Source: Amoeboaphelidium protococcarum X5
Lineage: Eukaryota > Fungi > Aphelidiomycota
Length of the DNA stretch: 64,000 bases
Direction of reading: 5' to 3'
Assembly (NCBI GenBank): GCA_023515725.1
Contig: JALDTO010000266.1
Coordinates: 1,695,608 to 1,759,607, forward strand
Positions 51,942 through 63,400 of this stretch are shown here, piece after piece (the stretch's first letter is position 1; the number at the start of each line of letters is the position of its first letter). A program made the translations under genes and the position numbers. Under the pieces are notes generated by a model that saw only the letters and a program-made list of their open reading frames with translations, had not been told where the DNA came from and did no database searches.

Positions 51942-53182
51942 TCACTTCTTTGGAGGATTTACGTAAGCTGGCGCCCATTTCTTCAATGGCAACTTTCTGC
52001 CACCCTTTTCATCTTCATCACCACTCAGATGAGGATTAGACTTTCTGGTATGAGCATCCTTTCCACTAGCACCAACAGGAGACAAATGGGACTAATTCAG
52101 CGATGATGAACCAGGCGTACCAGAGCCGGATGACTTCAGATTCATGCCCAGCTCTTGCTCATTCCAATCATAGCGACTCTTGAAGAACGGATTGGTATTC
52201 TCCACAGTCTGAGACTATGAGTAAACTCTGCTAAAATCGTCACTCGTGTAAGAGCCACCCTGATTGCGCTAGAACTACGTTGGGTTATACTTGTAGCCAA
52301 CGGGAACAGAAGAGCCATCACCCGTGCTTCTCTCCTTTTTGTAGAACCTGTCATGGATCTACCACCACAGCTTCAGGAACTCTTCACTAGTCTAGATATT
52401 TCCATGCACCACTGGCGTACCATCTGGATTTCTGTCAAAGTTCCAAGGCTTGGAATCACCAAGGAAATGCACCACCTTGACATCACTGCGGAATCTATGG
52501 AATGCGGGAACGTACGAGTAAAGAGCACAGAATCCGACATTGTACAGGAAGGGAATACGCGCCCAGTCTTTGAAATAATCATTCAGCAGACCCTGATCAC
52601 CACCATCAAAACTGCCTTGACTCTCGGCGAATTTGATCAAGTTGTCAAAAGTCTCCTTGGACGGCTTGGCAACAAAGACGCCACTATTGAAGCAGTCGGG
52701 CCAGCCCATGTCTGGAGCTGCAGCAACACCACTTCCATTACCGGATAGCTGGTACTCAGTGAAGAGGTTGTCAGTATTCTTGAGCACAAGAGTGTCAGCG
52801 TCCATGAACACAACCTTGTCAAAGTTTACCAAGTTCCAGATGTGGAGTTTAGTGTAAGTGTACGCCAGCTCCGGACGACCGAGAACTTTCAGATTGTCCA
52901 GAGAGCTAGACTTTAGAGAGTCAACAGTGATGACTTGATTAAACACAGCCTTCAACTCTTCTTAACTACCTGCACTGATGTTCCCGGTGATCATTGCCAC
53001 CAACTACCGTGTAGTACCGACTGCTCTTAGAGATTGTGCCAGAACCAAAGCACCAATAACGTAATCCTCTCTACACAAATATATATATATATATTGCGAG
53101 TTTATATATACTTTTTTTATTAATCGAAATATATAAATTACGTTGTGACTAGAGTAACAAAAGCTTCCAAATTGTTCACCAT
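51942..53182 (-). CDS. GYG1: Glycogenin (GT8) (intron 53071-53141)
   Basis: AFVTLVT.EDYVIGALVLAQSLR, LGRPELAYTYTKLHIW, FMDADTL, APDMGWPDCFNSGVF, SFDGGDQGLLN, YSYVPAF, HFLGDSKPW. Confidence 0.96.
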
Positions 53183-53801
53183 ATTAACCAGTATGTATGT
53201 GTGTGTGTGTGGAATATATGTAGTTAATCAGTATTGAGGTGAATCGATCGATTTTTCTCTCGAATAACGTTCTCTCAAGGCGATAAAGTTCGGAAATACG
53301 CGCGCCACGAGCGATTCATTTTGTGCGAACGGCCTCTCTCAATCTCTCTCTCTCGCGCGCTTTTTACCGTCTTGATGTTTTCTTGTTACGTCGCCCACTT
53401 CTATCCCACAGACTCGTTTCGCTCAATATAAATTGTACTGCATATTATTACGCGTATTTCGGTCGACTCTTCCTAATATCTGACTATATGCATTTATTTT
53501 GTCTGGTTTGAATCGTCTAATCATTTGACGCGTTCGACTTTTGGCATTATCTGGGCGGACTTTATCTCTGTTTGAATTCAATTCTATGGTGTAACTTGAG
53601 GTGTAATGTCGCTCCCACAGTCTGTTTCAGAGGAGTATGTCTCTTAAAAGTTCATACCTATGGAATTGCAACAGTGACTGAATCAACTGATACTGAAGAA
53701 GGTTGCTATTTAATTTGTCATGGTTTGCTGCTTTTTCAAATTTACAAGATTTTTACACTTAAAACTTTTATACTCTGTTATTATTGTCATGTTTGAGAAT
53801 C

Positions 53802-56073
53802 ATGTAGTTTACATATCTATTCTAATTTACTAAGTTGAGTAGGATAAGGAGCAAGAGCAATTAGATTTTATATGTTGCCGTGTAAATCTTGATGATGGTA
53901 AAGATGGAGTGAGTTAGAAATTAATTAGTTAAAAGTAGGCGTGTAAAGGTTCACTTGCATAATTTTTTAAGTTTTACTTGAATATGGACATGTTTAAAAG
54001 GAACTAAGAATGCACTGATGGCTTTAAAAGTGTCTGATTTGTTAGCGTCTGGTCTATCATTAGAGTCTCCTTTGATTGTCTCGATTCCTGTTGGTATTGT
54101 TGGTAGAGCCACTTTTCTATGCTCGTAGACTATTTGCAGAGTGTATGAATCTTACAGATCGACTGCAAACTTATTGTTGAGCTCTGATATGTTGAAGGAT
54201 ATTGATCATACAATATCTTTGATATACAAGACTTTTGAGGTATTACCATTCGTGTTTGTTGAGGGATCTTCTGGCTGCGGTAAGACTTAGCTTGCAATGA
54301 CACTGTACTAGAGAAGTAAATAGTCATCTTAAACGCGTAATGTCTATTACTTGGTCTGCTCAAAGTATGACGATAATACTCAGGTTATATACCGGTATTT
54401 CACTAATATGTCAGAGCTATTTATGAAGTGCATCCATCAGGACTTTTCATCTCAATCGCGTTTTAAGGAATTAAAAGATGAGCTGGTTGAAGATAATTTA
54501 TTTGTGTTTGGGTTTATATATCAGTTATTATTCGAAGATGTTTATGGCACTAAAGATTATGTTAAAATCTTTAAAATGAACGGTAACGCCTTACGACGCT
54601 TGATTGACGGATGAAAGACTGCCATTAGATTCCAGACCTGTTGTCTTTTTGGACGAATTTTTCCCTGAAGACAATGGCCGTGAGGAGGAATACTTGAATT
54701 TCATGCGCAACTGCATTCTTACTGTTGGAATTGTGGTGATAATGACGGGCACTGATGCCAAAGTTGCTAGTCTTATCAGGCGATCTGGGAAGACTCGCGG
54801 CGATGACGTTATTCCCTGGTGTTATATATGTCACCCATTTACCGAAAGTGATTAATTTGTTTCCTGATGTACAATAAAGTGGATTATGGCATTAGATACT
54901 CTGCAATTCACGCCCATATTTCGCCAAGAAAGCTTATAATCTCATGCTGGAGGATGGGAACGATTTAGATGCAATCTTGGAAAAGTTGTTTCCTGTGTTC
55001 GTTAATGCCAAAGATATTAACTTTGCAGATAATATTCCCGGCCATACCGGATAGGTTGTGTTGACTCTGAATGCATTTCATATTTCTGGCAGCTAAAGTT
55101 AATCTACTTACCTAATTCATAAGCATTATGGGCGCCTGATATTGGATAATGAGCCATCGATTCTTCTGTGCGACGGTAAACTTGCTGGTCATCCTTAGAA
55201 TATTTGGCATCCAATTTCCAAATTTCCCTCTCCATCAGAGGACTTATTATTTATTGCATATGGTCATGTTGGGTGGTAAGAATTATCACTCAATTTACTG
55301 TGACGGTGCTATTCGCCCTCTGCGTGCTATAGTCTTTGATCTTGGATTCAGATGCGCGAAAGTGGCTTAATATAAGTGACTTCACAAACATCTAATAAGG
55401 CATACGTATCTGGTAATGGTTTGAAGCTTTGGTTGCTGCTGCCGTCTGCCTTGCGTCGCGTTAGAATGGAGTGAAGGGAATTGGGCTTAGAGACTTTTTC
55501 AGGTTACTACTGTAACACTTGAATCCTACTGCCACCACGATGGATGATTTGCGAGTTCAGAACATGGAGTTACTAGACGACTTTAGTTCCATCATAGTGC
55601 CATTCTTTACTACGCCTGGAGCTCAATGGCCGGACTATATCAAAAACTCAAAAGATTTGCTGTGTAGAGACTTTGACCGTACAAAGAACATTGATCATAT
55701 TGCTGCACGTGGTGAATTGATAAGAATTTTTACGGATGCAAGGGAAGAGATTCGATATTTAGCAGTGGAGTCCAAATACAGCAAGAGTATTGTGACTATT
55801 GAAGAAATTCAAGAGGTTCTGTTGCGCATGAGCGATGATACAGAAGTGACAATACTGGTTGGAACATTTTTTGACAGCGATTACTTTAAAAACAAGTCAT
55901 TTGCCCAATTTGTCTCCCAAAATGGAGCTCTGTGTGATTGTAAATTCTTGAAAGTTTCCTTGACAAGTGATACTCCTTCCTTTATGGATTTGCTGGAACG
56001 CTTTAGTCTGACACCATAAGCCGGTTATTCACGTCGCTTAGTGGTTTTTATTGAAATTGGACAGTTGGCGTGA
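53802..56073 (+). pseudogene. Crinkler (CRN)-type effector: header + P-loop NTPase + C-terminal REase-like domain, multiply frameshifted
   Basis: Header end SLESPLIVSIP; Walker A FVEGSSGCGKTQLA; Walker B VVFLDEF; VIMTGTD; SRPYFA; FEALVAAAVCLASR..GI; LAVESK. Frameshifts near 54610, 54840, 55250 and 55420. Start uncertain. Confidence 0.7.
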
Positions 56074-56289
56074 ATTTATGAGTGATATCTGTCAAATGAA
56101 AACGTCATCTTCTACTGATCGTAACTGAGACAATTTAGACGCTGATTCTTTTAAAGCCAAAGTTTTAATCGCGATCGCGCTCGAAACTATCTCGATCACA
56201 AGTGGCGCTCAACCTTCCTTGGTCAATTTGAATTCACGTCCAACGTTGTAACTTTGAGTAATAAAGAACGATTAAACCGTAAAGTCATT

Positions 56290-56880
56290 ATGAATTCGTT
56301 TCTGTTAATTTTCACCTTACTATTTGGTGCTGTGTTTGCTAGTTTGGAGGTTACTGACAAGGTGTATTTTGACATTAAGCACGGTGACTAGGAGCTGGGA
56401 AGAATTGTAATCGGTCTATTTGGCAATGAGGTGCCAAAGACTGTGGACAACTTCAAGGCTCTGGCCACGGGGGAGAAGGGATTTGGATACAAGAACTCTA
56501 TTTTCCACCGCGTGATTAAGGATTTTATGATCTAGGGTGGTGATTTCACTAATGGAGATGGTACTGGCGGCAAGTCTATCTGGGGCCTCAAGTTCAAGGA
56601 TGAGAACTTTAACATCAAACATGGTGGTCCTGGTTATCTGAGTATGGCGAATGCTGGTCCTGACACTAATGGATCTCAATTCTTCATCACCACCGTGAAG
56701 ACTTCTTGGTTGGATGGTAGACACGTTGTATTTGGCAAAGTGTTGGATGGAGAGTCAATGGAAGTTGTGCGCAAGATTGAAAAGGTTAAAACTGGATCCA
56801 GTGACAGACCAAAGAAGAATGTTGTGATTGAGGATTGTGGCATCCTACCTGTAGAGTCTGTATTTAGAATCCAGGCATGA
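56290..56880 (+). CDS. PPIB: Secretory-pathway cyclophilin B (PPIase)
   Basis: Signal peptide, [19 protein letters not shown](TAG=Q)[42 protein letters not shown]. Confidence 0.96.
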
Positions 56881-57738
56881 TTTATGAGTGAATAAATGTG
56901 ACTTCGAACTAACATGTTGATTCTCTTCACGTTTATAATTACGAATTTTAATTTTTAATTTTTGTGAATTAATTTTAGGCTATCCATAGACTGTTATTCA
57001 CCGATTAATGGCTGTATTCTTTTAACGTCGCTTGATCGATGAAACATAGCGTCCGTATCGGTTACGATATCGGAATGAGAAGCAAACATTTAATTCATTA
57101 GTGTTGCATCAAATGCTTATGAGTGAACCGCTTAATGAAAAAAAAACTTATTAGAGTCGAACTTACGGCACTGAAGATCAATGGGTAGTGAGTGACACGG
57201 GAGCAAGCGACACAGCACTAGTAGAGACTATCAAAGTCGGTCGTTGATGCGAGAACAGGACAGAACGCGCGCGCGTATAAATTCGCAGTGACCGAACGCA
57301 TTCTTTCTTTTTTCAGTATCAGTAGATTGGAAGATAAAGTTTTTACTAACATTTAACTAGTGGTTCAGTAAACGTTCCCCTTCCATATATAGACGCGTAT
57401 TTCTCAATCTGAAGTCTAACTAGGTCTATTAGTTATTCTATGGCGAGAAATTCTATAATTACATCTTTACATTGTATTGTTATAACTCTTTAATATTTCC
57501 CATGATCATCAGGACTCATTATTATTGCTTTAAATTGAGGGTATTACGCGTTCACATTGTATCAATTGCTCCAATTTTCAGGCATATGCATCATGCTCTA
57601 TCTTGACGCGTCTGGCTGACAAGCGAGGTGGCTGTAATCCTTCAATAGGCAGTATTTCAATGAGGTGTATCTTACATTTTCGCAATTTTCAATTTGTACG
57701 CTTCCTTCATTTTAATAGTTCAATAGAAGCCTATATAG

Positions 57739-59505
57739 ATGCAAAAGCGTAAAAGACAAGACGAAACTAGCTCTGCTTCTTAGCAGACAGAAGCTGAAGT
57801 AGGAATCACTGAATATCTCGGTAGTTCTGCTGGTGAGAGATTCTCTGGCATTCTCAAGCAGAGATATGAAGACTTTATCGTCAATGAGATTGATTCTTTG
57901 GGTAATGTCGTAGTGCTGTCTGATGTATCCGCGTCACCGACAGATAGCGATGATATCTTACAAGACTAGTCTCAATTGGAGATTCCTAGCGATTTTATGC
58001 ATATTATATCAGATGATATTAAAGAACACCTGTTTGCAGTTTTAAATGGAAGTTTGAAGGATGTTTAGCTAGAGTCGTAGGAATTGGCAAAGGATCAGCG
58101 AACTCAGCTGCATCAGTGGATTAAAAAGGCATTTAATGGTAAATTGGAATCATAGACTAAGGATGGCGGCATTGTTGTCAAGAAATCCAATAGCAGGACG
58201 CGTCAAGATAGCTTCTATCTTCTATTCCGTCTTTGCAAATCTAATCGCGATACTCATGATGCTTTGCAAATTCTATCCAGAGCATTGAACATCCAACACA
58301 AGAGATTAGCTGTAGCTGGTACTAAAGATAAACGCGGTATCACTACTTAGCTCGTCACTGCATTTAACCTTAGTGAGAGACATTTGATGAGCGCCAATGT
58401 GTTCTTAAAACGCCATAACATTTAAGTTGGAAATCCTGTTCGCGTAAAGTAGCAGCTAACTCTGGGTGACTTGTCAGGTAATCAATTCAAGATCACGCTC
58501 CGTAATATATAATTCGGTGACACTTAATCTATTGATAGACGTTTACAAGAGCTCAATTAGACAGGATTTATCAACTATTTTGGAATGCAGCGATTTGGCC
58601 ACGGTAAATCTCCCACTCACCTTGTTGGAAAACTACTGCTACAGTTGAAGTATGGTGAAGTTGTGAATCTTTTGGTCAAGTCTGCACTTTCTAGCGACCA
58701 TCCGCAATATGATTCGGATGATGACTTGATCACTGCAGACACATCGCTGGAAGATTTGAATCGCTTGAGGGATTGTGTTAACCGAAGAGAAGTGTCCGCA
58801 TCTAAGATTCTGGAATTTCTGATAAAGAACTTTCAGTAGCAAAAAGTCAACTATCAAGGTGCCATACTCTCTATTCCTCGTACTCTCCGCATGATGTACT
58901 ATCACGCGTATTAAAGTTATCAGTGGAACCAGGGTGCGAGTTTCAGATTGAAAAACTATGGATCTAAAGTAGTTGAAGGTGATTTAGTCTTGATAGATGA
59001 TCAGAATAATAGTGGTCGTGGTGGAGATTCAGAGAGCAGATCTGCTAGTGTCAAGTATGTATCTGCTGAAGATTGTGGTAGTTATCACATCTCCCAAGTA
59101 GTTCTCCCTTGTTATGGTTCTCAATCTTAGTTACCCAAGAACGAAGTGGGAGTGTTTTTTTAGAATCTTATTGCCGCAGATGGATTTAACAGAGATTGTA
59201 TGGCGGATTTGTACAAGAAATTGGACTTGTACGGCGATTACAGAAAGATTATCGCTGGACTCAATGAACGTGGTGAAAGCACTTTAGATCTGGAATGGAA
59301 TGTTGTAAAGTACACCGATGCAACAGTACCTCTTGTGGATTCTGACATGGATACCCTTGAAAACAGGAGTAATGCTTCTAATGGTGTCGAGGATGGACAA
59401 TTGACAGCGCTGAATCTTAAGTTCAAACTTGGCCGCTCTGAATACGCGACAATGCTCCTACGTGAACTTATGACTGTCGAAAGTGACCGTCAGTAACAGT
59501 AATGA
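57739..59505 (+). CDS. PUS7: TruD-family pseudouridine synthase Pus7
   Basis: EVGITEY, GILKQRYEDFIVNE, AGTKDKRGITT(TAG=Q), GNQFKITLR, GFINYFGMQRFG, YHAY(TAA=Q)SYQWN, YATMLLRE. Confidence 0.97.
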
Positions 59506-60194
59506 ACATGAAGTAAAAAATGGTCATTTTGCACTAAACGTCGCATGAAAGGCTTAGCAAACGCGTCCGTCCACAACCGTTAAATATTATGTAAAGCATA
59601 TGACATTATTAATATATCTAACTCTATGTGGTACCTGTTTTTTACCATGTTTAATTATCTTTTAAAATACTTATGGGAATGATTAAAATTGATATTTCCT
59701 AATAAGAGCTTATAATTATATCGGATCATGAGTGTAGAATTCGGTAGTTGACAGTTAAAATGTGAAATGCATCAGTCTGTACTTGTCATCATTAGAGAAA
59801 ACTCTATAAGAAGTCTAACAAATATAATAGAACATCATATGCATTCAAGATTTATAAGTAGATGCCATACGGCGCCATTAGAAACGCGATATGGTCTGAT
59901 AATATACTGAATAAAGTAAAACATCGCAAACAATATATCCATTGTGGGTATATGCACAAAGAGGTGAGAGGAGCCACCGATATGCGACCTTTGCAAGGGA
60001 TTTAGTTACTTTAGGCTACAATATGACCCATGCGTACACAATACCAGTATACATGGGCTTCGATAGAGCCATTTAATACGCGATCAAATAAGGAACAATA
60101 GCGCGTCCGGCTACTGATTTGATCTATTACAGTCCTTCATCAAGACAGAATTGAAAGAAAAAGAGAAGAAACGCGAGAGAGAATCTTTTCTACC

Positions 60195-60197
<3 letters not shown>

Positions 60198-60229
<32 letters not shown>
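60198..60229. repeat. (GA)n microsatellite upstream of the kinase fusion gene
   Basis: Directly visible. Confidence 0.9.
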
Positions 60230-60231
<2 letters not shown>

Positions 60232-60427
60232 GCAGAAATTCGGTTTGATCGATTTTCTCGCCCGTTTCTCCACACACACTGAAGAAACAATAAAACAAGA
60301 GCGCGCGTGGCTTTTCCAGTTTCACACTTTCATTCAGTGTCGCGTCTGTTGCCGCATATTGTTGCGTCGGTTGTGCCTGTCTGTCACCGCAATTTGTCTA
60401 GTCAATAACACTCATCTATTTCAAGCT

Positions 60428-63400
60428 ATGGGAAATGTGAACTGTGCAGAAACTCCAGACCTTTAGGTGCATTGTACTGATGAAGGTGAGTCTCATTTAA
60501 CTGCAAAGCCTTCGATCAGTTATCTGTCGCGATTGTGTGTAGTTACTCTGCATGACATCCAATGCCGCCGTGCTAATCAATCTGAATACAAAAAGGCCAA
60601 GAATTAGGAAATATACTACAAGTTTATAATTGCATTCAACTTCTCTGTAAATTCTCCAGAGATTGAGACTATTAAGGCTGTATATACAAGGGATCAGATA
60701 TTTGACAGCGTAAAATTGCACAAGGCTTTTCCTATGGTTCATTCTAGCGATCTGTCATCTGGCTTTATGGAGGATATTGGCACTGTGTGCCAGGAGAATG
60801 CAACGTGCACCCATTAATTTGAAATGATGCTCCCTGCTTCTCTGACGGACCGAATGATGTTTGGTTTCCTGCTTGATGAGAATAACGTCGTGACAGCTAA
60901 AGTGCGTGGCGCTGTCCTGGTGGAAGGTGAATTGGAATTACTTCACTCTATACCCGCCGTTGTGGATAGTGAGAGAGTGTCTAGACGAATTGGTATTGAG
61001 CGGATGTCTCGTATGAATGTTAGTGCCTAGTTTGATATTCCGCAATCTATGCGATTGTAGAATGCCATGAAGAAGTTTCAGGCTGTATCAAAGCCTAAAT
61101 CTGAGTTTATTGCCAGTACTGATGGTGTTAAGTTATCCTACAGATAGTATTAAAGTGATGGTTTAGATGATCAAAAGGCTATACTAGTCATGATTGCAGC
61201 TAATGGTTAACATTATGATTATATTGCAAGTGAAGTCAGCAAAAGTTATAACATTATTTCATTTGTTTTGGAATTAAGAGGCTTTGGTCAATCTGGTGGA
61301 TTGAAAGGATATTCTCCTACCAAAGATCAAGTATTTGTGGATATCAAAGTCTTCATTTAGTATTTAAAGGTCAACTTTGACGGTCTCCCTGTATTCTTGT
61401 GTGGACATTACTTCTAAGGTGGTCTTGTGCTTAATTATCTCGGCTGGAGGTAGAGGGAGCCAGTTGATGCAGCCATATTTATCTCACCTCACTTTGGTTA
61501 TATGGCTGGCGATAGTATCAATTTCAAGAGCCTGGACAGTTTAAAGTCATCACGAAGGTCCAGTATGAATTAGAACTCTTCAACTGTGTCTTCGTTCAAT
61601 AACTTATTGCAACGGTATTCATCACAGGATGAGATTATACACCACGATGATGCAAGAGTTGAAAGCACTTTTATGGATTTGGCGTCATCTAATATTGCCA
61701 AAGCCTGTAACGCTGTAAATCCTAAAAAGTTGTTTGAAAAGATTGATACCCAGTTTGGCTTCTGGGTTGGTGAATGTGAAGAAATCGTAGTGCCTGACAA
61801 GATTGTTAATTTCCCCAAGAGATCTTCCGTTCGCTCCACCGTGAACATTATCCCTAAAGCATCACACATTGACGTGATTTTGCAGATATCCACCACGTTG
61901 GGAGAGTGGATAGAGGCTACTGCATCTAGAGATGTGCCCACTAGGAAGTTGTAGGCTGGAGAGAAGAGTCCACGGGATGATGAGAGTGGTCCAGCACCAT
62001 TTAAGCATCCCGTGCTGTTCGATTATGATCTGGTCACGCGAACTTATAATGATCTGAAGCTTGATTGTGGCAAGAGTTCATTCTTAGTGGCCAATGATGG
62101 ATTTAATATTCGGTATCGCGTATTTATGCCATAACAATCTGATGATCGAGTGTAAGCTAACGTGATTCTATTTCAAATGGATTTCAAGCTTATTCTCCCT
62201 TGGCTCCTATCATGTAAACTGCCAGTAGCTGTGTACGCCGTGGAACTTCGAGGGATTGATAATTCATCTATAGTTCATAGCACAGATGTGATTTTGGGCG
62301 ATATTCGGCTGTTTGTGTGTCACCTGAAATTTAATAATCCTGACATTCCACTGCTTATTGGTGGTCACGGCTTTGGTGCATCTGCCTGTATTAACTATTC
62401 GAACTGGCGATATAGAGAACCTGTGAATGGCTATCTTTTCATCTCCCCGCTGATTGATTATCTATCACTCAATACTGCAGATTCTGGAATGGTGAAAACT
62501 CACAATATGATCAAGCTGTACACGGTCGATGAGTAGAAGCACTGGTTTAACACTATGAGAAGTTCAGCTTCTGTTAAGTTACTCACCACATTCAATAGCG
62601 CCTTAAATTCTGCTGCTGCATCCACTTAGAATTCTAATACTAATAGTCCGCTCGGTTCATTGTGTCAAATCTCTGACAGCTCATCCATCACCATCTCCTA
62701 GCCGTTGTGGGGTGCGTTAACTTGTAAAAATGTCTAGTCACTCTTTGGTAATATGGAAGTCCCGTTCGGTCTGTACCTTGGCTCAGAAGATGAGCTTACG
62801 TGTGCCCATTAATTTGTCAGTATGGTGGAGTAGCAGACTGATAAAGTGTACCTCAAAGATTTGCAGGTGATGAGAGGATCAAGTCATATGTCGTCACTGA
62901 TCACGGCTTCTGCGCACATTGTTCCATTCATTAAAAAGTTTATCAAGATTGTGTCTCCTAAGCTGTCATTTAAGATGAGGAATCCCAAGCTATCGTAATT
63001 TGAAAAAGTCTAATTCATCGGCAGAGGGTCTTTCGGTAAGGTGTATTTGGTGCGGCACATCGAGTCTGATCGCTACTATGCCATGAAAGTCTTGAGTAAG
63101 AGTCAGATATTTAAACTCAACGAGGTGAAGCATGTCATTACTGAGCGTAATATACTCTCAGACTTGAATTCACAGTACGTGGTGTCTTTTGTCGGCTCGA
63201 TGCAAGATGGGCATAATCTGTACATTTTAATGGAGTATGTGATTGGAGGTGAATTGTTCACTCAGTTGACTCTTCGCAAATGCTTCAATGTGGATACTGC
63301 GCGATTTTATGCTGCGGAAGTTGTCTTATTTCTGGAACATATGCACAGTAACTAGATTATTTATCGTGATATTAAACCAGAGAATATTCTGATTGATGCT

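Noticed and set aside
15360-53182. Glycogen gene cluster (GBE1 plus glycogenin)
   Set aside because: About 34 kb and more than 20 unrelated genes apart; likely coincidental.
56900-57730. Long intergenic region with a CGCGCG run, as a possible ncRNA or tRNA locus
   Set aside because: No cloverleaf, snRNA or rRNA motif recognisable by eye. No RNA genes are called in the window; Infernal/tRNAscan would be needed.
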